A DNA stretch of 64,000 bases from contig NC_087252.1 of NCBI RefSeq assembly GCF_037042905.1, forward strand, positions 13,394,001-13,458,000, read 5' to 3'. Below the pieces are notes generated by a model. It made no database searches, was not told the origin of the DNA, and was given only the letters and a program-made list of their open reading frames with translations. Source of the DNA: Lytechinus pictus. Taxonomy: Eukaryota. A program made the translations under genes and the position numbers. Shown here piece by piece: positions 35,601 to 47,204 of the stretch. Within the stretch, counting starts at the first letter, position 1. Each line of letters begins with the position of its first letter.

Positions 35601-38068
35601 CCCCCCAATCAGTAATCGGGAGGAGAGACCTGCGGGTCATAGTGATTCAGTTCGCTTTTCACCTCCCAGGCACAGGTGATGCCAAACAAATAATAATAAT
35701 AATAATAATTTCAGATCGCGTTAAGCGGGGGCATCTGTGTCCTTTGGACACATCAAATTTCTAGTTTATTTATACATACAAACAATTGGCTGATCTTTTT
35801 AATTAGATTCTGTTCACACTCATTTTGATATCATTACCACAACTGGTATTTATTAATAAAAAAATTGTTTTCCTTTTGGTGTTCTTTCTCTCCTTATTCT
35901 CATTCATTCTTCCTTGTCCCTTCCTTATATTCCTTCTAGTTCTCCCCTCTTTTGGCCTGTTGCATAAAACTTTTGTCATAAAAAAACTCTGACAAATACA
36001 CAAAAACTCGGGCAAACAAAATTATGCCATTGACATTTAACACGTTAAAAAACTTGGCACAATATTTACTAGAGATTTTTTATGCAACAGGCCTCTGATT
36101 TGTATTCTTCACATTATTTTCTTCTCTCTCTCACTCTCCTCCTCGTTCTCCTCCTTGTTCTTCTCCTTCTTTTGCTCTGAACCATATAATAATAGGGACA
36201 GACCTCGGTAGACCAAAGACGCCACACGTCAATATTCAATATTGATAAATTTCATTTTAATACTGTAAATCAGTGTTGGTATATGAATGTAATTTTGATA
36301 CTGTTTTAGAGAGATATATTAAAATAATTGAATCAATTTGATCTTAGAGATAAGGGTTATTCTTTAATTAAAAAAAAAAAATGTATTGACATAATAAATA
36401 ATTCTTCTGATTCATCATACTCTAAAGCGCATAGAGATCAGGGATGTTATGTTATTATTGTTATTATTCCATAAGGTATGAATGTATATATGAGGATTTG
36501 TCTTTGGTTTTGAGTTCATATGAAAGGTTGAAAAGCTTTCCGATTATAATAGTTTGAGCATTTGAGAAAGAAGAAATAAGATGATGGGATGTGCTTAAAG
36601 GTTGATAGTTCATGGAATTACCCATATAGAGTATAGTACTATCGATGTACGATGGCATCAATTTTCATTTTTTTGTATTTTACCTTTTTTGATACCATAT
36701 TTCATTTGAACATGATGAAAATCCCCTACAACCAAAATTTGGTGGGAATCGGTCCATGGGGCCCCAAGATATGACCTCATGAATACATAATTAGCCCCAT
36801 TGAACTATCAATGAACTATTGGCCTCGTGTTGAATTTGAAAAAAAACTTTGTTTCCTTTGCTCCTTCAGGTTATCAAGGGAGAATTGTTTGTGACTATTA
36901 TCTTGACGGATCCTGCAGGCAACAGCTATTTACAGGTATGTTTACTCCGACAGTTGAACGATGATCCCTGTCTAGAATTCCCACATATAGCAAAAGTGGT
37001 CTTCATCGGCAGTTGGCCTTTATGGACAGTTTATCGTCATTGGTCATTTAAAGGGGGCGCTGTGGTCTCGTGGTTACGAATCTCGTCTTTCAATGACAGG
37101 GACGTGGGTTCGAATCTTGGCCATGGCATGTTTTCCTTCAGCAAGAAATGTTCCAAAATTATGCTGCATTCAACCCAGGTGAGGTGAATGGGTACTCGGC
37201 CGGATTTATTCCTTGAGTGCACCAAGCGCCTTTAGTAGCTGGAGCTTCAGACGGGGTAATATATAGTGCGCCATTAAATAGGAAACTAGATAATCAGTGC
37301 CTCATAAATGCTATATATTATCATAATTATTAAAGGATAGGGATGTAGTGGAGGCCGGTACTACTGAGTCATGAGACCGCATTAGAAAACCACCTCCAAT
37401 TGACTTTGTACACGGGACACGGGCCAATGCCGGCCTTGACTACATCCCCGTGGAGGAAGCTAAGAGGGAGCTCTTCAGAGGGAAAAAAATCCTCTTTGCT
37501 GCCGAGACTCATCTCATCTGCTCTTCTCCTGTACCAAGCCATTGTATCTCGTCTGCTTCATGATCCTTAAAAGGACATCACTTTCAAATTGATTGATACT
37601 TCCTTTATAACTCATACAGTGTTGAACAGAAACTTGCGGCATGTCCAGGGAGGGTTGCACGAAATAGGTGGTCGGTAATTTTCTCTTGACTAATTTGCTT
37701 TGAGCCAATCGGATGCAAATGTTTTATTGGCTTTTAACAATAGTGAAATTTACTGTTTATTTCATGAATTATTATTTTGTTGTGTTTGGCTCTGAATCTG
37801 ACTAAATTTAGCTACATTCCAAAACATGGATTAATTTTCCCCCAGAGAGCAGTCTTGCGATTGATGCGTTCAAGACCAAGTTCCTTGAATGTTCATCATG
37901 TCTTTTCTTTCACTACAGAACGTGTATGCCCCGGAGAGTGACCCTGAGATGACGATCGAGGATTACGAGAGGACAGAGGAAGAGAACGACTTCCTCGGTT
38001 TGACGCACATGAAGACAGAAAACTACGGCGAGGAGGAATATACTGAGCAAAATGCAGAAGAATCATAG
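23690..38068 (+). CDS. ZPR1: Zinc finger protein ZPR1 (462 aa, 11 coding exons)
   Basis: Exons 23690-23803, 24998-25159, 26518-26608, 27080-27150, 28047-28124, 28995-29117, 30753-30924, 32580-32740, 34452-34652, 36870-36935 and 37919-38068 total 1389 nt, all GT-AG and in phase. Motifs: [97 protein letters not shown]. Confidence 0.96.
23905..23989. repeat. Small inverted-repeat element enclosing TAACCCTAA motifs
   Basis: agagttccttttgcgaaagccac ... gtggctgtcgcaaaaggaactct. Confidence 0.6.
25274..25707. mobile_element. hAT-like MITE with a 6-bp TSD
   Basis: 13-bp perfect TIR CAGAGCTGCCAAG / CTTGGCAGCTCTG; TAGATG on both flanks. Confidence 0.75.
25794..26073 (+). mobile_element. tRNA-derived SINE (family A)
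   Basis: Box A (tggtctagtgg), box B (gggttcgattcc), body shared with the 37053 and 45529 copies, (TTA)n tail. Confidence 0.85.
27351..27662. mobile_element. Harbinger-like MITE
   Basis: gcccgtattctgaa...ttcagaattcgggc TIRs; second degenerate copy at about 45210-45526. Confidence 0.65.
28224..28611. mobile_element. Palindromic MITE built of ccaattcgtcta-type units
   Basis: Left half rich in gtcta/ccaatt, right half in tagac/aattgg (mirror structure). Confidence 0.6.
29409..30380 (-). CDS. LINE ORF1p-like protein (coiled coil and RRM, L1/Tx1/CR1 type), solo, antisense in ZPR1 intron 6
   Basis: Heptad-rich segment, then [37 protein letters not shown]; no EN/RT ORF recognisable downstream. Confidence 0.8.
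   Translation of the reverse strand: MTSHGIPPRVECQLRRNTRHNSQNENLENLGMAAAPSTNVADGDPDSNPLDTQRPTHSSNPYHPTTSAKFTSFTAEMKDMFSAMNKQINDRFDSVIAEISEFKREMCVINDTISNINTGFNDDSDRVMAIEKEKIPDLTIKMKNIEKDIDEKLLKLEIHDRKLNLLIYGIDERPNENVYLVLLPVFMKFLHITREGAASIYLVNAHRLPSKANSSTSPNTTNRPTPIIVCFARMSDRNAFQQPRPQVSQDDDVHTSTQRIAIRSDLPPRMKREKGWLAAAAYSLRKNQHLATRIRVVGTKIILNTRKRPLTGQPPTKWVEWSE
31534..31889 (+). mobile_element. tRNA-derived SINE with L2-like 3' tail
   Basis: Boxes A and B (gttcgaatcc); core gacccaggtggtaaatgggtacc; tail gtaaagcgcttag...aagcgctatataaa...(TTA)n. Confidence 0.88.
32161..32464. mobile_element. piggyBac-like MITE (degenerate)
   Basis: ttaa-ctctttgcccg ... cgggcaaagag-tt. Confidence 0.5.
32678..33655 (+). 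repeat. 68-70-bp minisatellite derived from the 3' end and donor of ZPR1 exon 8, interrupted by an L2 fragment
   Basis: Unit cacactaaaatg(a/g)cagatatcagtgacctcagcagagatgtgctaaggGTAGGtcaaaggttgcaagac; donors at 32741, 32811, 33316, 33386, 33455, 33524, 33592. Confidence 0.92.
32835..33272 (-). mobile_element. L2 LINE 3' fragment
   Basis: Reverse strand reads [15 protein letters not shown]...APQY...LRSS...GPVLWNDLP...[10 protein letters not shown] with one frameshift. Confidence 0.85.
34935..35200. repeat. Imperfect tandem duplication, about 135-bp unit
   Basis: ttggtttccg...gtagatgacaccaaaatacaggcta...ttcgaattcggagtccgcaggtcaaaggtcacagctcatta occurs twice. Confidence 0.8.
35316..35709 (+). 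mobile_element. Deu-domain-like tRNA SINE, copy 1
   Basis: tRNA head; central ggacgttaaatggaggccccgt...cacgttaagaacccactgcactatt resembles the DeuSINE/AmnSINE core as I recall it; (AAT)n tail. Confidence 0.8.
35954..36093. mobile_element. Harbinger-like MITE
   Basis: ggcctgttgcataaaa / ttttatgcaacaggcc TIRs. Confidence 0.7.
37053..37331 (+). mobile_element. tRNA-derived SINE (family A)
   Basis: Same head and body as the 25794 and 45529 copies. Confidence 0.85.
37340..37449. mobile_element. Small MITE
   Basis: gggatgtagtggaggccgg / ccggccttgactacatccc. Confidence 0.55.
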
Positions 38069-38184
38069 CCTTTGGAGCTTCTAGTGTATACTAGCTAGCA
38101 ATTGAAATATGTGTAATATTACCTTGTATTCTCTCTTTCTTTCTTTCCTTTTTATTTTCATCCCTTTCTCTTTCTTAACTTGTT

Positions 38185-38394
38185 TGGTGGTGGTGATTTT
38201 TTTACCTGATTGCTAAGAAAGCATGAATGCTTGTAAGCAAGCAACCAGAGGACCGACGGCTTAAGGTCCCCCACGAAGGACCTGGTACTGAAGATTAATG
38301 CCTTACCAAAGGGCACTAGCGCACCAAGTGGGAATCGAACCCGGGTCACCGGAATACGAGTCCCCCGCTCTACCGACTGAGCTATCGCGCCTCC
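38185..38394 (-). mobile_element. tRNA-derived SINE, antisense in the probable ZPR1 3' UTR
   Basis: Reverse strand reads ggaggcgcgatagctcagtcggtagagcg...gggttcgattccc...caggtaaaaaa; AATAAA at 38548. Confidence 0.85.
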
Positions 38395-38763
38395 TCAACT
38401 GTATATTATATATATTTATATATAATGTCATGTACTTAGAGGTAATGGTTGGCTAGAGGATGATAATTACGATATTTAGGGAGATTGGGCCTAGCGGCTC
38501 TCTCCAAAAGTATGTTTTTGAAAGGCTTCTTTAATAGCATACATTCAAATAAAGTGGAATAGGATGATTAAACTCAGAGCTCCGCCGCTGAAGTCTGAGA
38601 TGGGAACCTCAGATTTTGCATGCATATTCATATATTACGAAGGAAATGCATTGTGTCTCGCTCATACATGCTCTCTCAACAACATCAAAAATCTTGCCAT
38701 TTTCAATCTGCTTTTTGCAAAGCCATCATATTTTTTTTTGTGTGGAAAAGAACTTGGAATCCA

Positions 38764-38920
38764 GGGGAGCATTTCGTGAAAGGACATGTCAGACGTTTTA
38801 TCCGACAAGTCCCATTTTATCCGACAGTTACCATAGTAACAGTGCTTCTAAGCCAATCAGAATCAAGGAGCGATGTCAGATCTGCCAACTTGTCGGACAA
38901 AAATGTTGATGAAACGCCCC
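38764..38920. mobile_element. Harbinger-like MITE
   Basis: ggggagcatttcgtgaa ... gatgaaacgcccc; related termini at 58419-58593. Confidence 0.55.
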
Positions 38921-39631
38921 CCCCCTGATTTGATGGATGGAATCTTCTAAATAATAGACCAAAGAATTGATGGAAGTAGAAATATTTGTTTTTGTTGTTG
39001 GGTGCTTTTCCAATTATTTTGCAACGGTTTACCCTTGAGACTTGACCCTATCCACACACTAGCTAGGCTCCATTGCTGCTCGCTGTGTTAATGAAACAGT
39101 AGAAAAGTGCACTAAATGTGAAATCAGTAGAGGTTACATGGATGGGTTTCATATAGCAGTGGTTCAGTTTACCCTAAGGTACCTGAGACCACACTATTAT
39201 GGAGTGCCATTCGCCTTCTTATTTATTTAGACAAATTAATTCAATTGTGTGGTGAAAGGCTGTTTCAAGATAAAAATTTGCCCTGAAAGAGAAGGAATGG
39301 GATGGTATGATAATATATTTCAACTAATTATATGCTGTTTTCTTTGACAAGAATAATAGTAAGGTGTAAGATTATTAATCATGGCATTCCATAGAAGCAT
39401 GGACTAATATTCTCGCTAATTCCGGAGTTATACCCGGATGTTATTTGCAGAATGTGTTTGTGTTTTGAATGAGTGATATCATGAAATGATTATGAAATTA
39501 TACAATATGATAACCTTTTCACATAGATGATTCAAAGTTTTATGTTATAGAGTACTACTAACTAATTTTGTTTAACAGGTGACTTTTGCCATATCCCACC
39601 AGAATGAACAGTGTCCCTTAGTGTATCTTAA

Positions 39632-41912
39632 AGGGCTTGTTATAATCACTCGGGTCGCGTTCGCGTTCGAAATCACTCGGGTCGCGTTCGAAATCACTCG
39701 GGTTTTGGATTTTGGGCGATTTTTTTTATTTCGATACGATTTTTTTTTCTAACGGTGTCTTCAATGGGACAAACACGCTGGGAAAATAAAATGAAATTCA
39801 AATTCTAGTTTCGTTTTAAGCCGGCAAGTGCCTTAAATAAAAGGCACTCGCCTACTGCTTAACATAACAAACAAGCAAATCAGCCATGTGGCTCAACTAT
39901 CCTAGAATACATCCAGACTTCTACAGTTTTTATACGAGGACTCCGAGTCGGAACTTGCCGTATCTGCCACATCGATATTACATCGTCATTCCCATGTACG
40001 GACATGTATGCCTGCATGCAATGGCCCCAAGGCGGGACCCGGCCACGGTCGGACACGGCGTGCATCGGTAGCATGGAGCAAGGTAACGTGAGTCCAGCCG
40101 AGTTAGATCCCACGTTACAGTGCCAGTCAGTCTGCAGCTCGTCCGAAAGTATTTTATTCAGCGGTATGCATAGCCAGCCATCCGTGGTTTAATGCATATA
40201 TACGTAATTAGACCAAAAGCTTCGGTCTCCAGTCTGTAATGTTCGTTGTTCCGCTGAACTCCATTAGCTCCACTCACCAATACAGAGACCGGAGTTCTAT
40301 CTCGATCTGTACAGGGACTCAATGGCCATATGTTTATGCATTAAGTTCCAATAAAACGGGGAAGTGACGTTGCGCGACAGCCGAAGCAATTAGTTACTGT
40401 TTTTCCCCTTTTAAGTTTATTTTATCTTTTTTGGGTGCATTTTAGGACAAAACGGAATAATAATATTTATTTGATACAGTTCTTTCCATATATTTTTATG
40501 AAATAAAGACAAAAATCGATGAGCGCCGTCTGGGGGATTTTGCATTGTTAACCCCGTAATGATGGTTGCACCATAGCGAGCCGTCTGTGTACGAGGAGAA
40601 ATAAAAATGTTAAAAAACTCGAAACAGACGGCTGCCAGCTGTCTAATACGTAATGAGCTTTGAGGACGATCTTTCCGATAGGCGTTTTAAAATTATGCTC
40701 TTAACTATTGTCTATTTCTCATAAAATTTGTCTTATTTTATAGATAAAATGGCCATATCATGTTTTAAGTAACTGGAGACCTAAAAAATTCCCTACCTAA
40801 ATTCTCGAAACATTGCGTTAGGTGATGTGCTTAATTAATCTTCTTTGTGCTCGCGTGCCAAACGTATACGTTGAGCTGAACGGGGTTCAGTCTCTCTCTG
40901 TGTCTCTCCTACCTTTTCGAAATTAAAACGGTCCTTCGATCGGACATAGTTATTTAGACCCAGGACAAATAATGCTCTGACAACCAAACTAACTTTTCGT
41001 CAGCATCAGTAAAAATGTGAATGGGCTTTTAAAAACTAATACTAAAACTAATCTAAAATTGATCTTAGATCGATTTTAAAATTGATTTTGGAAATCGATT
41101 TTAAATTAATTTTAAAATCGTAATTGTACCTGTTCTAATTAACCGATTTTAAAATCGGCTCCCGATTTTACCCGATTTTACCACAATCGGCGCGATCACC
41201 TGCCAATCTTCGATCATGCCCCTTGAAGGAAAAATCGGATATAAAATATCGGCGTAGATCTAGTTACAGTGCGTGATCGTTCAGAACATATTTCAAGATT
41301 TTTTTGAGGTGCTAGCTATTTAGAGGTCGCATTAATCAGGGAGAAAGACGCAGTATTATCTCTGACGATGTTTACGAGGATAGATATCTTCTCTTCAACC
41401 TCGTGGTGATAGCGGACGCCGCCGTGAACTTTTAAATGTCGTATTACCGACGGACATCACTGCACTACTCTCTTACCTCCTTTATGATGATAGACACTTC
41501 TCTTCAACCTCGTGGTGATAGCGGACCCCGCTTCTTTTATATTTGTTCTTGGTTATCAAAAGTTAATTTCTGAAGATAGTAATAAATTGATTTGAAAACG
41601 TTAGCTCCCCAAAGCATTTTAATAACATGTTCCGAATCATCGCGCGTGCTTGCGACTTCTATTACATTTTAATTGCACTTGCGCCTTTAAGATGATGCAT
41701 TTTATTTAAGGCATTTGCTGGCTTAAAACGAAACTAGAATTTCAATTTCATTTTATTTGACCAGCGTGTTTGTCCCATTGAAGACACCGTTAGAAAAAAA
41801 ATTGCATCGAAATAAAAAAAAAAATCGCCAAAAATCCAAAACCCGAGTGATTTCGAACGCGACCCGAGTGATTTCGAACGCGAACGCGACCCGAGTGATT
41901 ATAATAAGCCTC
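39632..41912. mobile_element. Non-autonomous TTAA DNA transposon with about 210-bp TIRs (Sola3- or Kolobok-like)
   Basis: TTAA at 39628-39631 and 41913-41916; long TIRs with internal aatcactcgggtcgcgttcg repeats; hosts the 40209-40645 element. Confidence 0.85.
40209..40645 (-). mobile_element. TAGAC...GTCTA element, 9-bp TSD (AcademH-like), copy 2
   Basis: ATACGTAAT at 40200-40208 and 40646-40654; ends homologous to 21099-22054, opposite orientation. Confidence 0.8.
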
Positions 41913-42383
41913 TTAAAGTGTGTACAGCAGTGTGGATGCATTGTGAAACCAACTTCACACTGTTAACTTTGAGTTGTTCAACAGTGTGAATGATGTATAG
42001 TTAGCCATGTGAACATGCTGTGAACAGTCACACTGCCAAGGTGTCCACAGTGTGAAAATATCTCCACACTGTTGGATTTGAGCGTTTTCACTGTGCGAAT
42101 CACATATTCACATAGTTGGCCATGTGAACACGCTGTGAACAGTCACACTGCCAATGTGTCCACAGTGTGAAAATATCTCCACACTGTTGAATTTGAGCAT
42201 TTTAACAGTGTGGATCACATAGTCGACCATGTGAACACGCTGTGAACAGTCACACTGCCGAGGTGTCCACAGTGTGAATCACAGTCACATAGGCGCCCAT
42301 GTGAGCAGGTTGTGAACAGTCAACACTGTTGAGGTGTCCACAGTATGAAAATATCTCCACACTGTTGAATTTGAGTATTTTAA

Positions 42384-43669
42384 CCCTAATTCTCCCGGGG
42401 GGGTCCATAATGGCCCCCCTCGACAATTTTCACGATATATCTGCTGCGCAAATTTTTTTGACCTCGCCGCTCACTGACTATTTACTTTCAAGTCTTGCGC
42501 AAATTTTTAGACCAAATTTGTGACGCCCGAGTACGCGGTTACGACATTATGCAAGTGCATGTCAGACCCCAAATTGCTCATAAACGTGATTTCATGTGCA
42601 AATCCAATGCAGATTGTGTATTAGCCAAAATTCATAAATGTATCATTATTTATACTTTTACTGATTAAACTTAATTAATTTTGCCTTGTTTATGATCAGA
42701 ATTAAAGGGATGGTCTGGGCTGAAAATATTTATATCTTAATACATAGAGTAGAATTCACTGAGCAAAATGCCGACAAATTCATCAAAATCGGATAGCAAA
42801 TAATAAAGTTATTGAAGTTTAAAGTTTAGCAATATTTTGTGAAAACAGTTGTTATGAATATTCATTAGGTGGGCTGATGATGTCACATCCCCACTTTCCA
42901 TTTTCTTATGTTATTACATAAAATCATAATTTTTTTTCATTATTTCATACTTGTGTGAATAATACGTCTACCTTATAATGAAATAAGTTGTAGCAATAAA
43001 TATCTAATGCACTAAATCAGTTGTCAGTCCAATTTTTCTAGTTCTTGGAGGAATAAATTTGAATAAACCTAATTTCATATAATAAAATACAAAAGAACAA
43101 GTGGGGATGTGACATCATCAGCCCACCTAATGAATATTCATGACGACTGTTTTCACAAAATGTTGCTAAGCTTTAAAATTCAGCATTTTGCTCAGTATAT
43201 TCTACTCTATTTATTGAGCTATAAATACTTTCAGCCCGGACCATCCCTTTAAGTCTGAAATGATTTCCATCGAAAAAACAATAAAAAAACAAAAAGTAAA
43301 AAAACAATAAAATGATAAAATACATAAGAAATCGGTCATGGTACCAGAAATTTTTTTTCATTCACAATTGTTAGGAATGCTTTAAAGAATATTTTCACCA
43401 AAAATAGCATTCTAGGAGCTTTATTTAGTGAATCAGAGCAAAAAGTATGATTTCATGAATAAATGAGCATAATTGATTCATATAAAATAAAAATATATGA
43501 ATTCAGTGAAATTTACCAATGCAACTGCGTAGATTACGTCATTCTCTACCATCATGCAAATTTTCGTTGTGATCGTGCAATCCGCGGCTGAGATCTTAAG
43601 GGGGGGGGCCATAATGCCCCCCCCCCCCCCGGGAATGACAAGAATCAAAATACCCCGGGAGATTTAGGG
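42384..43669. mobile_element. piggyBac-like MITE
   Basis: TTAA-CCCTaattctcccggg ... cccgggagatttAGGG-TTAA (TSDs 42380-42383 and 43670-43673). Confidence 0.85.
42706..43248. mobile_element. Kolobok-like MITE nested in the piggyBac-like MITE
   Basis: TTAA-agggatggtctgggctgaaa ... tttcagcccggaccatccct-TTAA; long imperfect palindrome. Confidence 0.88.
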
Positions 43670-45528
43670 TTAACAGTGTGAATCACAGTCACATATTCAG
43701 CCATGTGAACACGCTATGAACAGTCACACTGTCGAGGTGTCCACAGTTTGAAAATATCTCCACACTGTTGCATTTGAGCATTTTAACAGTGTGAATCACA
43801 TGTTCACATAGTCGGCCATGTGAACAGTCACACTGTCGTGGTGTCCACAGTTTGAAAATATCTCCACACTGTTGCATTTGAGCATTTTAACAGTGTGAAT
43901 CACATGTTCACATAGTCGGCCATGTGAACAGTCACACTGTCGAGGTGTCCACAGTTTGAAAATATCTTCAAACTCTTGTATATAAGCATTTTAACAGTGT
44001 GGATCACTTCTTTTATTGCACAATCCACACTGTAAAGAAGCTGTGAATACAGTGTATGTTCTTTCCATCAGAGATTCATTCTGTCACTTGTTTATTTATC
44101 TTGCTGTGGGTGGTACACACAATTACATTTACATTAAAATTCACTGACTATAGATGTATGGTCTAAAATCATGATAACATTGAAAGTAATCATACTTGTG
44201 AATATATGTAAGAATGCAAATAACCAAGTTCTTGTTACTTTATGGTATTGCAGCTGAAACGTAAACGATGATTGTGAGAGCTAATGCTAATGTGCCAACT
44301 TTGAAATTTACATTGAGTGATGTCATATACACACTGTATTAAAGCTCTGATATTCACATTACATCCTTGTTCAAAGACCAATTGAGTGTTGCAAAACCAA
44401 CTTACGATCAATTGCAAAGCTATTTTGGGTCTCCAAATCAATATATGTATTGCAATTAAAATTTAGAATTGATTTACTAACCTGCTACATAAATGTACAT
44501 GCAGTAGCGAGTATAAACTGGTTTTCTAGATCTGAAATTCATCAATTGTAAAAGTGCAACATAAATTTGCAATTGGTTGCAACTATTAATAACAAGATTG
44601 CCTTTACCAAGCAAGGTCAATTTATTTTTTTACATTTGTGTCCGTCATTGTGTGACTTTCGAGGTCTTGAATTTCCTTGAAATTTATTTATTGACATTGT
44701 CATTATTTTTTTCTAAGTATACACATATGTTCATTTGAAGGTTGCAGTTACAGTGAAAGCTATATATATATGTATACATAGATCACTCAACGAAAAGAAC
44801 AAAAGTACCATTTATAAGCGAGTGGTGGTTCAGTGGCAGAGCATCTGCCTCATAAAATTTCAAGAGCTAAACTGGCTGTCTTGGATAAAATGAAAGTTAT
44901 TAATATTTCCAGTCATATTTTTATTAGTATTATATATTTATGGCCAGGTTCCTTTAATACACGTTTCGATGGGGAATAGTATTCAAAGTATACTTAACTT
45001 GTTGCTTTAAAAGATGCATGGTATTTACAGGTAGTAAATGGAGCAAGTTTGACTTATTGTATTTTTGTTATCTTTGCTGGTTTATATTATGAGTTAATTT
45101 AACACAGGACATTGGATGTAGATGGAACTGAGCTCGAAATACGAATTTTTATTAAACTAAGTTTCTAAAGCCCTGCCTCCATCTTGATTATATGTCTGCA
45201 ATATTCTTTGTCCCATATTCTTAAGTTGGGTTTAACGTAGACCATGGTCTAACTGCAGTATGTGATAAAATTATGGAAAGCCAAACATGTCAAAATCTTG
45301 TTTACATTGTATGTGTTTTTGTTCACTGTGCTCTATCCTAATTCTTTAATAATTGTGAATAAAATTATCTTATTTATCCTTCCCAGACAGTTGAGAATAA
45401 TTTGAGAGCCAAATAAGCTGATTCATTGAAAATCTACTGTAAGAGTTGTGTCACAATTTGCTATCCATAAGTAAGCCAAAACTTTAGACCAGAGTTTAAA
45501 TTAAAGGCAACTTCACAATACAGGCCAT

Positions 45529-45790
45529 TGTCGGGGTCTAGTGGTTCTGACTCTTACCTTTCAAACAGAGGGTCGTGGGTTCGAATCGTAGCCATGGTAT
45601 ATTTTCCTTCAGCAAGAAATTTATCCACACTGCTGCACTCGACCCAGGTGAGGTGAATGGGTACCCGGCAGGAATAATTCCTTGCATGCACTGAGCGCCG
45701 GTGATGGTAGCTCGAGCTAAAGCCGGGGTAATAATAGCAGCGCTTTGTATCCTCTGGCAAATAGCGCTTTATAAATCCAGCTTTTATTAT
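45529..45790 (+). mobile_element. tRNA-derived SINE (family A)
   Basis: Boxes A and B; core gcactcgacccaggtgaggtgaatgggtacc; tail agcgctttataaatcc. Confidence 0.85.
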
Positions 45791-47204
45791 TTGTGTCTTT
45801 TTTTTATTTGGTTTTATACGATGGATAAAAATGGACTCTGTTAAAATGGTTGCTTTATTTTCACTTGGTCTACAAGCAGTTGGTCTATTCTTCAATTAGT
45901 TTAATACCACATTAACTGAACTCATTTGATCTACTATCAATTTGGACCAATAACCGTTTGCTGTACCCTACATTAATTTTGATTCAGTACCCATTTATTC
46001 TAACGTTCTAATTTCCACTACATTACTTATTATTTTGCACTTTGTCGAATGAAAGTTTGACTCATAAAGAGTTCATCAAGTAAAGATTAAGTGGTGTTGA
46101 ACCTACTATAAGGGGAAGATCGGACAGTACATAGAGCTCGCAGGGAAACGCTTGGTATCAGAGCGCACTACAGCGTTGAGTAAGTAATGACCTTTTTTTA
46201 CCTTTGATATGGTTGCCGTGTGTACAAAACATGAGAGAAGGGGTGAAGGTGTAGACGATTTTTACATTTTAGAAATTAGAGATGAAAATATGTGAGAGGT
46301 TTCTGGGTAATAAAAGGTGGAATTATCCACATGCGTTGCCCTTGTGCCCTCTCCCAAATCCCTTTTCTCATTTTCCCCATATGTTTCATACACAGTCGCG
46401 TGCCGATGTGCGAAGGTTTACTTACTCAACACTAGTGGGCGCCCTACCCCATGAGCAATTATCGAGCGTTTCAAAAAATCGCCGAAGTGTGATCTTCCCC
46501 TTGTAGTATCTTTTGTTTTACCCATTAAATGAGTACTCCAGACTGAAAATAATATGATTTGTACAAATAAAGAAAAATCAGTCAAATAAAACACTGAAAA
46601 TTTGATCAATATCAGACAAGGTATGACAAAGCTATGGCATCACATATAAAGATTTCCCTTATTCCGATGAAACAGTTCTAGGCATGAGCAAACTGATTAT
46701 GTCAATATCCCCACTTGATCTTTTGTATTTTCCTGAGGCGGAAATCTCTCCCAAAAGGTAGGGGGGACAAGGGGCTGGAAAGTTTGACAAGAAAAAGGTT
46801 ATCACCCCAAATTCAAGGTCATTTCGACGAAAATAAATTTGACAAGCCAAAAAAAAAGAAAGATTATCATCCCAAAAGTAAGGTCATCTCGACCTAAAAT
46901 ACATGTTTTATTTCGATTTTGAATGATGTATTTCTTTCCATCATAAAAGACCACAAAAAGTAGGGGGGACATTTGATTTTGTGTCCCCCCTACTATTTCA
47001 AGTAGGGGGGGGGGGCACGTCCCCTCTGTTCCCCCTGGGATTTCCGCCCATTGTATTTTCTAATATGATATTAGGTTTGTTCATTTTTTTTCTTCCAAGA
47101 ACTAAACACATTGGATTTACAACTGATATCATTGCTGCAACTTATTTCATTATAATAGATACATTTATGAAAAAATGAAACAATTATGATTTCATGTAAT
47201 AACA

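Larger units (their letters stand above)
41950..44055. repeat. Minisatellite of about 105-120-bp units (tgtgaacagtcacactg...ccacagtgtgaaaatatctccacactgttg), split by a piggyBac-like MITE
   Basis: Several units at 41950-42379 and 43674-44055. Confidence 0.88.

Noticed and set aside
41389..41530. HDV-like ribozyme hinted by CCTCGTGG
   Set aside because: Could not build the P1, P2 or P1.1 pairings around either copy
41484..41573. C/D box snoRNA candidate (ATGATGA...CTGA)
   Set aside because: No clear terminal stem or convincing rRNA complement; lies inside a transposon, not a host-gene intron
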